This document shows, piece by piece, positions 1-11,159 of a stretch of 64,000 bases of DNA (position 1 is its first letter; the number at the start of each line of letters is the position of its first letter). This DNA is from Lingula anatina. Taxonomy: Eukaryota > Animalia > Brachiopoda. The notes under the pieces are model-generated. The model was not told where the DNA came from and did no database searches. It saw only the letters and a program-made list of their open reading frames with translations. Where the stretch lies: assembly GCA_051362555.1 (NCBI GenBank), contig CM120641.1, forward strand, positions 22,134,001-22,198,000, given 5' to 3'. A program made the translations under genes and the position numbers.

Positions 1-3000
1 CTCAACTCGTTCCACGTAAAATTTGGGCTTTGTCGGTATTGGGGTCTGGGTGTGGCACTCATTGCAATGCACCCTTGTCTAAAAATGGCAAAATTAAATG
101 CTAATTATCTACCCTACGGAAGGGGTTATGGGAAAAATTTCTATAGACGGCTTTCCAAAAGTCATATGTGTAGATTTCAAATATACCCTTGGATTTGACC
201 TTTGACCTTTACTTCAAGGTCAAATGGGCCAAAATTTTCAAAAACATGAAATTTTTTACGAAACAAAAATTTTTTTGCCCTGTTATTCAGACACCACACA
301 GACTTAACCAATAATATTATTGGAAAGTGTTACCCTTCAGGTCATCTTTCATCTCCATGAATTTGGGGTCAATCGGTGCATTTTCACGGGAGTAGCGGCC
401 ATAAGATACCGAAACTGAAAACTGTCTCTAATTCGGGAACCGTTAATGCTAGAAACCCATTCTTTTTTGCATTTTGTAGAGCATGTAAAGCCCAACACTG
501 GAGGTGGTCTCGGTTTTTTTGTATTCCATACGGTTTTCGAGTTACGCTGTATCAAAAAGCACATATTGGTGGTAAAAGCAAAATGTGCAGTACGGTAATG
601 GATAATAAATTTTGAACTCTGGAAAAATAAAACATAAGGCTTGGCAAAGCAGACAACTTGTGTTCAAAAATGACATTATTTCATCAAATTTGAACTTCTG
701 AAACTTCAGAGCACCTCCTATTTCAAGAATTTTGACCAAAATGACCTTTTCTTTATTTTAATTAATTTTTTCTGTACGAAATTTAAGGCACATTATGGTA
801 ACTCCAAAATTATAACATTTAGTCCCTTATATCTCCAAAACTGGCAGAGATAGGTCCATAGTTACTATTGAAGTTGAATAGGAAGTCATATACTGGCAAT
901 CTTACTATGACCTTGAAATTGACCTTTGACCTACTTTTCACCATGAACTGAACTTTGCAAATTTTTCTTCCCTTTTATCTCCAAAACTGGCAGAGATAGG
1001 TCCATAGTTACTATTGAACTTGAATAGGAAGTCATATAATGGCAATCTATATGTGACATTAAAATTGACCTTTGACCTACTTTTCACCATGAACTGAATT
1101 TTGCAAATTTTGCTTTCCTTTTATCTCCAAAACTGGCTGAGATAGGTCCGTAGTTACTATTGAAGTTGAATAGGAAGTCATATACTGGCAATCTAAATGT
1201 GACCTTAAAATTGACCTTTGACCTACTTTTCACCATAAACTGAACTTTGCAAAATTTGCTTCCCTTTTATCTCCAAAACTGGCAGAGATAGGTCCATAGT
1301 TACTATTGAAGTTGAATAGGAAGTCATATACTGGCAATCTAAATGTGACCTTAAAATTGACCTTTGACCTACTTTTCACCATGAACTGAACTTTGCAAAT
1401 TTTTCTTCCCTTTTATCTCCAAAACTGGCAGAGATAGGTCCATAGTTACTATTGAAGTTGAATAGGTTGTCATATACTGGCAATCTAAATGTGACCTTAA
1501 AATTGACCTTTGACCTACTTTACACCATGAACTGAATTTTGCAAATTTTGCTTTCCTTTTATCTCCAAAACTGGCTGAGATAGGTCCGTAGTTACTATTG
1601 AACCTGAATAGGAAGTCACATACTGGCAATCTATATGTGACATTAAAATTGACCTTTGACCTACTTTTCACCATGAACTGAATTTTGCAAATTTTGCTTT
1701 CCTTTTATCTCCAAAACTGGCTGAGATAGGTCCGTAGTTACTATTGAACTTGAATAGGAAGTCATATACTGGCAATCTAAATGTGACCTTAAAATTGACC
1801 TTTGACCTACTTTTCACCATAAACTGAACTTTGCAAAATTTGCTTCCCTTTTATCTCCAAAACTGGCAGAGATAGGTCCATAGTTACTATTGAACTTGAA
1901 TAGGAAGTCATATACTGGCAATCTAATTGTGACCTTGAAATTGACCTTTGACCTACTTTTCACCATGAACTGAACTTTGCAAATTTTGCTTCCCTTTTAT
2001 CTCCAAAACTGGCAGAGATAGGTCCATAGTTACTATTGAAGTTGAATAGGAAGTCATATACTGGCAATCTAAATGTGACCTTAAAATTGACCTTTGACAT
2101 ACTTTACACCATGAACTGAATTTTGCAAATTTTGCTTTCCTTTTATCTACAAAACTGGCTGAGATAGGTCCGTAGCTACTATTGAACTTGAATAGGAAGT
2201 CATATACTGGCAATCTAAATGTGACCTTAAAGTTGACCTTTGACCTACTTTTCACCATAAACTGAACTTTGCAAATTTTGCTTCCCTTTTATCTCCAAAA
2301 CTGGCAGAGATAGGTCCATAGTTACTATTGAACTTGAATAGGAAGTCATATACTGGCAATCTAATTGTGACCTTGAAATTGACCTTTGACCTACTTTTCA
2401 CCATGAACTGAACTTTGCAAATTTTGCTTCCCTTTTATCTCCAAAACTGGCAGAGATAGGTCCATAGTTACTATTGAACTTGAATAGGAAGTCATATACT
2501 GGCAATCTTACTATGACCTTGAAATTGACCTTTGACCTACTTTTCACCATGAACTGAACTTTGCAAATTTTTTTTCCCTTTTATCTCCAAAACTGGCAGA
2601 GATAGGTCCATAGTTACTATTAAACTTGAATAGGAAGTCATATAATGGCAATCTATATGTGACATTAAAATTGACCTTTGACCTACTTTTCACCATGAAC
2701 TGAATTTTGCAAATTTTGCTTTCCTTTTATCTCCAAAACTGGCTGAGATAGGTCCGTAGTTACTATTGAAGTTGAATAGGAAGTCATATACTGGCAATCT
2801 AAATGTGACCTTAAAATTGACCTTTGACCTACTTTTCACCATAAACTGAACTTTGCAAAATTTGCTTCCCTTTTATCTCCAAAACTGGCAGAGATAGGTC
2901 CATAGTTACTATTGAAGTTGAATAGGAAGTCATATACTGGCAATCTAAATGTGACCTTAAAATTGACCTTTGACCTACTTTTCACCATGAACTGAACTTT

Positions 3001-6000
3001 GCAAATTTTTCTTCCCTTTTATCTCCAAAACTGGCAGAGATAGGTCCATAGTTACTATTGAAGTTGAATAGGTTGTCATATACTGGCAATCTAAATGTGA
3101 CCTTAAAATTGACCTTTGACCTACTTTACACCATGAACTGAATTTTGCAAATTTTGCTTTCCTTTTATCTCCAAAACTGGCTGAGATAGGTCCGTAGTTA
3201 CTATTGAACCTGAATAGGAAGTCACATACTGGCAATCTATATGTGACATTAAAATTGACCTTTGACCTACTTTTCACCATGAACTGAATTTTGCAAATTT
3301 TGCTTTCCTTTTATCTCCAAAACTGGCTGAGATAGGTCCGTAGTTACTATTGAACTTGAATAGGAAGTCATATACTGGCAATCTAAATGTGACCTTAAAA
3401 TTGACCTTTGACCTACTTTTCACCATAAACTGAACTTTGCAAAATTTGCTTCCCTTTTATCTCCAAAACTGGCAGAGATAGGTCCATAGTTACTATTGAA
3501 GTTGAATAGGAAGTCATATACTGGCAATCTAATTGTGACCTTGAAATTGACCTTTGACCTACTTTTCACCATGAACTGAACTTTGCAAATTTTGCTTCCC
3601 TTTTATCTCCAAAACTGGCAGAGATAGGTCCATAGTTACTATTGAACTTGAATAGGAAGTCATATACTGGCAATCTTACTATGACCTTGAAATTGACCTT
3701 TGACCTACTTTTCACCATGAACTGAACTTTGCAAATTTTTTTTCCCTTTTATCTCCAAAACTGGCAGAGATAGGTCCATAGTTACTATTAAACTTGAATA
3801 GGAAGTCATATAATGGCAATCTATATGTGACATTAAAATTGACCTTTGACCTACTTTTCACCATGAACTGAATTTTGCAAATTTTGCTTTCCTTTTATCT
3901 CCAAAACTGGCTGAGATAGGTCCGTAGTTACTATTGAAGTTGAATAGGAAGTCATATACTGGCAATCTAAATGTGACCTTAAAATTGACCTTTGACCTAC
4001 TTTTCACCATAAACTGAACTTTGCAAAATTTGCTTCCCTTTTATCTCCAAAACTGGCAGAGATAGGTCCATAGTTACTATTGAAGTTGAATAGGAAGTCA
4101 TATACTGGCAATCTAAATGTGACCTTAAAATTGACCTTTGACCTACTTTTCACCATGAACTGAACTTTGCAAATTTTTCTTCCCTTTTATCTCCAAAACT
4201 GGCAGAGATAGGTCCATAGTTACTATTGAAGTTGAATAGGTTGTCATATACTGGCAATCTAAATGTGACCTTAAAATTGACCTTTGACCTACTTTACACC
4301 ATGAACTGAATTTTGCAAATTTTGCTTTCCTTTTATCTCCAAAACTGGCTGAGATAGGTCCGTAGTTACTATTGAACCTGAATAGGAAGTCACATACTGG
4401 CAATCTATATGTGACATTAAAATTGACCTTTGACCTACTTTTCACCATGAACTGAATTTTGCAAATTTTGCTTTCCTTTTATCTCCAAAACTGGCTGAGA
4501 TAGGTCCGTAGTTACTATTGAACTTGAATAGGAAGTCATATACTGGCAATCTAAATGTGACCTTAAAATTGACCTTTGACCTACTTTTCACCATAAACTG
4601 AACTTTGCAAAATTTGCTTCCCTTTTATCTCCAAAACTGGCAGAGATAGGTCCATAGTTACTATTGAAGTTGAATAGGAAGTCATATACTGGCAATCTAA
4701 TTGTGACCTTGAAATTGACCTTTGACCTACTTTTCACCATGAACTGAACTTTGCAAATTTTGCTTCCCTTTTATCTCCAAAACTGGCAGAGATAGGTCCA
4801 TAGTTACTATTGAAGTTGAATAGGAAGTCATATACTGGCAATCTAAATGTGACCTTAAAATTGACCTTTGACATACTTTACACCATGAACTGAATTTTGC
4901 AAATTTTGCTTTCCTTTTATCTACAAAACTGGCTGAGATAGGTCCGTAGCTACTATTGAACTTGAATAGGAAGTCATATACTGGCAATCTAAATGTGACC
5001 TTAAAGTTGACCTTTGACCTACTTTTCACCATAAACTGAACTTTGCAAATTTTGCTTCCCTTTTATCTCCAAAACTGGCAGAGATAGGTCCATAGTTACT
5101 ATTGAACTTGAATAGGAAGTCATATACTGGCAATCTAATTGTGACCTTGAAATTGACCTTTGACCTACTTTTCACCATGAACTGAACTTTGCAAATTTTG
5201 CTTCCCTTTTATCTCCAAAACTGGCAGAGATAGGTCCATAGTTACTATTGAACTTGAATAGGAAGTCATATACTGGCAATCTATATGTGACATTAAAATT
5301 GACCTTTGACCTACTTTTCACCATGAACTGAATTTTGCAAATTTTGCTTTCCTTTTATCTCCAAAACTGGCTGAGATAGGTCCGTAGTTACTATTGAAGT
5401 TGAATAGGAAGTCATATACTGGCAATCTAAATGTGACCTTAAAATTGACCTTTGACCTACTTTTCACCATAAACTGAACTTTGCAAAATTTGCTTCCCTT
5501 TTATATCCAAAACTGGCAGAGATAGGTCCATAGTTACTATTGAAGTTGAATAGGAAGTCATATACTGGCAATCTAAATGTGACCTTAAAATTGACCTTTG
5601 ACCTACTTTTCACCATGAACTGAACTTTGCAAATTTTGCTTCCCTTTTATCTCCAAAACTGGCAGAGATAGGTCCGTAGTTACTATTGAACCTGAATAGG
5701 AAGTCACATACTGGCAATCTATATGTGACATTAAAATTGACCTTTGACCTACTTTTCACCATGAACTGAATTTTGCAAATTTTGCTTTCCTTTTATCTCC
5801 AAAACTGGCTGAGATAGGTCCGTAGTTACTATTGAACTTGAATAGGAAGTCATATACTGGCAATCTAAATGTGACCTTAAAATTGACCTTTGACCTACTT
5901 TTCACCATAAACTGAACTTTGCAAAATTTGCTTCCCTTTTATCTCCAAAACTGGCAGAGATAGGTCCATAGTTACTATTGAACTTGAATAGGAAGTCATA

Positions 6001-8727
6001 TACTGGCAATCTAATTGTGACCTTGAAATTGACCTTTGACCTACTTTTCACCATGAACTGAACTTTGCAAATTTTGCTTCCCTTTTATCTCCAAAACTGG
6101 CAGAGATAGGTCCATAGTTACTATTGAAGTTGAATAGGAAGTCATATACTGGCAATCTAAATGTGACCTTAAAATTGACCTTTGACATACTTTACACCAT
6201 GAACTGAATTTTGCAAATTTTGCTTTCCTTTTATCTCCAAAACTGGCTGAGATAGGTCCGTAGTTACTATTGAAGTTGAATAGGAAGTCATATACTGGCA
6301 ATCTAAATGTGACCTTAAAATTGACCTTTGACCTACTTTTCACCATAAACTGAACTTTGCAAAATTTGCTTCCCTTTTATCTCCAAAACTGGCAGAGATA
6401 GGTCCATAGTTACTATTGAAGTTGAATAGGAAGTCATATACTGGCAATCTAAATGTGACCTTAAAATTGACCTTTGACCTACTTTTCACCATGAACTGAA
6501 CTTTGCAAATTTTTCTTCCCTTTTATCTCCAAAACTGGCAGAGATAGGTCCATAGTTACTATTGAAGTTGAATAGGTTGTCATATGCTGGCAATCTAAAT
6601 GTGACCTTAAAATTGACCTTTGACCTACTTTACACCATGAACTGAATTTTGCAAATTTTGCTTTCCTTTTATCTCCAAAACTGGCTGAGATAGGTCCGTA
6701 GTACTATTGAACCTGAATAGGAAGTCACATACTGGCAATCTACATGTGACATTAAAATTGACCTTTGACCTACTTTTCACCATGAACTGAATTTTGCAAA
6801 TTTTGCTTTCCTTTTATCTCCAAAACTGGCTGAGATAGGTCCATAGTTACTATTGAACTTGAATAGGAAGTCATATACTGGCAATCTAAATGTGACCTTA
6901 AAATTGACCTTTGACCTACTTTTCACCATAAACTGAACTTTGCAAAATTTGCTTCCCTTTTATCTCCAAAACTGGCAGAGATAGGTCCATAGTTACTATT
7001 GAACTTGAATAGGAAGTCATATACTGGCAATCTAATTGTGACCTTGAAATTGACCTTTGACCTACTTTTCACCATGAACTGAACTTTGCAAATTTTGCTT
7101 CCCTTTTATCTCCAAAACTGGCAGAGATAGGTCCATAGTTACTATTGAAGTTGAATAGGAAGTCATATACTGGCAATCTAAATGTGACCTTAAAATTGAC
7201 CTTTGACATACTTTACACCATGAACTGAATTTTGCAAATTTTGCTTTCCTTTTATCTACAAAACTGGCTGAGATAGGTCCGTAGCTACTATTGAACTTGA
7301 ATAGGAAGTCATATACTGGCAATCTAAATGTGACCTTAAAGTTGACCTTTGACCTACTTTTCACCATAAACTGAACTTTGCAAATTTTGCTTCCCTTTTA
7401 TCTCCAAAACTGGCAGAGATAGGTCCATAGTTACTATTGAACTTGAATAGGAAGTCATTTACTGGCAATCTAATTGTGACCTTGAAATTGACCTTTGACC
7501 TACTTTTCACCATGAACTGAACTTTGCAAATTTTGCTTCCCTTTTATCTCCAAAACTGGCAGAGATAGGTCCATAGTTACTATTGAAGTTGAATAGGAAG
7601 TCATATACTGGCAATCTAAATGTGACCTTGAAATTGACCTTTGACCTACTTTTCACCATAAACTGAACTTTGCAAACTTTTCTGCCCTTTTATCTCCAAA
7701 ACTGGCAGAGATAGGTCCATAGTTACTATTGAACCTGAATAGGAAGTCACATACTGGCAATCTAAATGTGACCTTAAAATTGACCTTTGACCTACTTTAC
7801 ACCGTGAACTGAATTTTGCAAATTTTGCTTCCCTTTTATCTCCAAAACTGGCTGAGATAGGTCCATAGTTACTATTGAACTTGAATAGGAAGTCATATAC
7901 TGGCAATCTAAATGTGACCTTAAAATTGACCTTTGACCTACTTTTCACCATGAACTGAATTTTGCAAATTTTGCTTTCCTTTTATCTCCAAAACTGGCTG
8001 AGATAGGTCCGTAGTTACTATTGAACTTGAATAGGAAGTCATATACTGGCATTATAAATGTGACATTATAATTGACCTTTGTCCTACTTTTCACCATAAA
8101 CTGAACCTTGCAAATTTTGCTTCCCTTTTATCTCCAAAACTGGCAGAGATAGGTCCATAGTTACTATTGATCTTGAATAGAAAGTCATATACTGGCAATC
8201 TAAATGTGACCTTGAAATTGACCTTTGACCTACTTTTCACCATGAACTGAATTTTGCAAATTTTGCTTCCCTTTTATCTCCAAAACTGGCTGAGATAGGT
8301 CCATAGTTACTATTGAACTTGAATAGGAAGTCCTATACTGGCAATCTAAGTGTGACTTTGAAATTGATCTTTGACCTACTTTTTATCATGAACTGAACTC
8401 TGCTAATTTCTTTCTCTTTTAACTTCAAACTTGACAGAGATAGGTCCATAGTTACTCTTGAACTTGAATAGGAAGTCATATACAGGCAATTTACTGTGAC
8501 CTTGAAATTGACCCTTGACCTACCTTACGAAGAACTTAAATTTGATTGTACCATATATATTTTTTGCAATAGTTAAAAAATTCTTGTTGATTGCATTTTT
8601 ACAGCTTGTCAAGCACAAAACTGGTGGCTGTGTCCCTTATTTTGTGTATGTGGGGGTCTATACGAATGCGTTTGCTCCAGCTGGTGGTACAATATTTGGA
8701 GGCGGTATCGCCTCTCTGATCCTCTAG
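1..8727 (+). mobile_element. Non-autonomous Helentron/HINE (DINE-1/pearl-like) element, copy 1, 5' end ~190 bp outside the window, with an internal ~53-unit 146-bp satellite
   Basis: Bases 1-830 match 29420-30248 of the complete second copy (about 13 differences counted by eye, ~98%). The 3' end has the subterminal repeat GCTGGTGGTACAATA (8680-8694), a hairpin GAGGCG-gtat-CGCCTC and a terminal CTAG (8724-8727) followed by TT. No coding capacity. Confidence 0.85.
831..8520. repeat. 146-bp tandem satellite array, ~52.7 monomers
   Basis: Consensus TTTTATCTCCAAAACTGGCAGAGATAGGTCCATAGTTACTATTGAA(G/C)TTGAATAGGAAGTCATATACTGGCAATCTAAATGTGACCTTAAAATTGACCTTTGACCTACTTTTCACCATGAACTGAACTTTGCAAATTTTGCTTCCC. 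The repeated 101-aa ORFs recur at multiples of 146 (584, 1022, 1168, 1314); one 1-bp deletion near 6702. Confidence 0.98.
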
Positions 8728-8751
8728 TTAATTGTTGATTCTGTCTTCCAG

Positions 8752-9433
8752 GAGTATATAGAGGCTCTCCATGAACTCCATGAAGACTGGTTAATAAAAC
8801 AAAAGCATCCAGTGCCCTGTCCTGTCTTGGTAAGTAATAGTAATGATGAAAGTGGTCATAAATGAAAATTTGGGATAAAAGTCTCTGGGGAAAGTAGTGG
8901 ATAGGGTAAACATTTTCTACATGTATCTTACAGTAGTTGATTGCACTTTCTAGCTAAAATTGTTTTATTGTTGCAAAATTTCACACACAAAAAGAATGTG
9001 GTTAAAAAACATGATATTTGTCCTGTCTTGTTAAGCTGGGGATGAAAATCTGAGGAAAGTAGTGGATAGATGAAACCATATTTTGCAACGGATGATTGCA
9101 CTTTTTGTGCTAATAAATGAAATTTTTATTTTTGCAAAATTTCACACACAAAAAAAAATAAATATTTGTTCTGTCTTGTTAAGCTGGGGATGAAAGTTGC
9201 AGAGCAAAGTAATGGATAGATTAAACATTTTCCCACTTTTGTCTTGCAGTAGTTGATTGCACTGTATTTTTGTATGTTTCAAAAGTTTCAGGCAAAAATG
9301 CTAAAACTTTTAAGTGATCACACATACAACAGTGTTATGAATTTTGCAGGTGCTGGATGCAAGTTGTGGCCTAGATGATTTGAAACATCTTTATGAAGAC
9401 AAAAGACCAGAAATCCTTTGTGGATATCACTGA
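8752..9433 (+). CDS. Deoxynucleoside kinase (thymidine kinase 2 / dNK family), last two coding exons 8752-8829 and 9350-9433
   Basis: Translation EYIEALHELHEDWLIKQKHPVPCPVL/VLDASCGLDDLKHLYEDKRPEILCGYH* matches the C-terminal dNK-family motif (EYL..LH..HE.WL...P.PVLV.DA). Canonical ttccag|, |gtaagt and tgcag| sites, phase 0. Upstream exons lie outside the window. Confidence 0.85.
8818..9285. repeat. Three diverged ~150-200-bp copies starting at the dNK exon/intron junction
   Basis: TGTCCTGTCTTG-GTAAG (8818), TGTCCTGTCTTG-TTAAG (9019) and TGTTCTGTCTTG-TTAAG (9167), each followed by AAAGTA(G/A)TGGATAG and TGATTGCACT. Confidence 0.8.
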
Positions 9434-11159
9434 TCTTAAACTGTGGTTTCAGATATAATGTTTTTCTTGAGACTTATGTCATTTTATCTTTTTTTATTAA
9501 TTCACAACATGTCAAAGGATTTTAAAAGTAAAAAAGAGATTTTTGAATTTCTGTCTAGTCTGTTGTGTTGATCTTGGCAACTTACAGCATATTTTTTTCA
9601 CATGTCAGTTTTCTGTTTAAATTCAGGCTTGATCACTTTCTCCAGCTCCTTTTAAGTTAATAGTTTATGATGTTTACATTTTAGTTATGTGTGGAAAGCA
9701 AAAAATGTTAAAAACAGTACAAAACTTGTATGCATAGTTTTAAAACCAGTATTATTTTGCATAAATAACTTGTGGAGGAGAATGTTTACATGAAGTTGCT
9801 GATAATGTAGATTATTTATTCAGAGAACAATGTCATTTTTTAAATATTGGTGTACATATTTTTCTTATACACTGTTTCCTCTTTTGTTTTCATATGTAGT
9901 CAAGCCAGTCACCACATTGTGTCAGATGCAGTGACATTGAGGAAAGTATATATAATGTGAATATTTATGGTCATGTAAAATCTGTAATGCACATAGACCT
10001 GTTGGTGCTTACAGCTAAAATATCCAGTGTGTTTGTTGACAGATGCATATATGTCAGCATTTAATACAACTCAACACTGGCAAAGGTGCAACATAAAGAG
10101 AAGACTACTTCTCTTCAAACTGTATTTTGAAACTGCTGTATTCACTCTCTGAGAAAGTATTGTAAGGCATCTCAATTTTCATTTTGAATCCATTGTTGAG
10201 CAATGGCATCAGCATTGAAATAGCTGATCTTGTAAGAATTTTAAAACACTGGAGAATAGTGTGACAAAAAATTGTGTCCCTTTAAGATATTTTATGTGTG
10301 GATGTTAAGTAAATGTCACATATGACATCATAAATGTACACATCAAGAGCCTTGGATGACCTGGGTTCTGCATTTTATCAGCCAGAGTGAAAGGGTTTTA
10401 ACATTAAAAGACATTCATGAATATGTGATGAGTGCGTGTGAGTCACATTTGTATTATTCTTGGTATGAATTTTTGGCAGATAAGTTAGCGTGTTAAGACC
10501 GTTTTATTGTATTACTCGTACTGTCATTTTAAAATTTGATGACCCATCTCCTGTGCTCCACTGTGACAAATATGAAATAAATACCATGTCATTATATAAG
10601 ATTTGATTGTTTTATCTTGTTTGGAAGATGCAGCTCTGACACAATGCCAACCAGTTTCCCTGAAAAGCTCCTCCAAATTAATTATGTTTATTCTAGAGTG
10701 TTCATTTGAGAATAATTTTTTAAGAAAAGGTTTTGCAGTTAATGCACACCCATGACTTTTCTTAGAAATGATTGTTTTGTGTAAAAATAATTCTTTTGGT
10801 ACAAAAATAGTTTTATTTGACATATCCAATGCAAATGTACATATATGATACACTTATACAAAAACATGCCCCACTCATAATGTATTATGCTTTGTGGTTG
10901 GCACAGGTTAAATATGTTTTCTAATCCATTGTTAGTTGAAATATTGTTGGAAGTGGTAAAAAGTTCAAAAGAAATCCCAGATTGGCACCAAAATCTAGAA
11001 CATTGTGAAATTTGTACGGATGAAATGGCTTATGACAATATGAAACTTACAAGTTAATACATGTACTTGTTGATGACGTCTTCAAACACAGTCAACGGTA
11101 TGTTAATATGCTATATAATCTTGTCTATAAACATCAGTCTAGTTCTCAGTGCCTGAGAT

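Noticed and set aside
831-976. Retrozyme (tandem hammerhead ribozyme) interpretation of the satellite
   Set aside because: No CTGANGA...GAAA catalytic core with flanking helices found on either strand by eye; an Infernal/RNAMotif search would settle it.
831-8520. CRISPR-like or guide-RNA array
   Set aside because: Monomers are near-identical along their whole length with no unique spacers; eukaryotic context and no associated nuclease gene.
349-8727. Repeated 101-aa ORFs (MVKSRSKVNF...) and short ORFs in the element flanks, also at 29767-31384
   Set aside because: By-products of the 146-bp periodicity (not a multiple of 3); no recognisable domain or splice structure.
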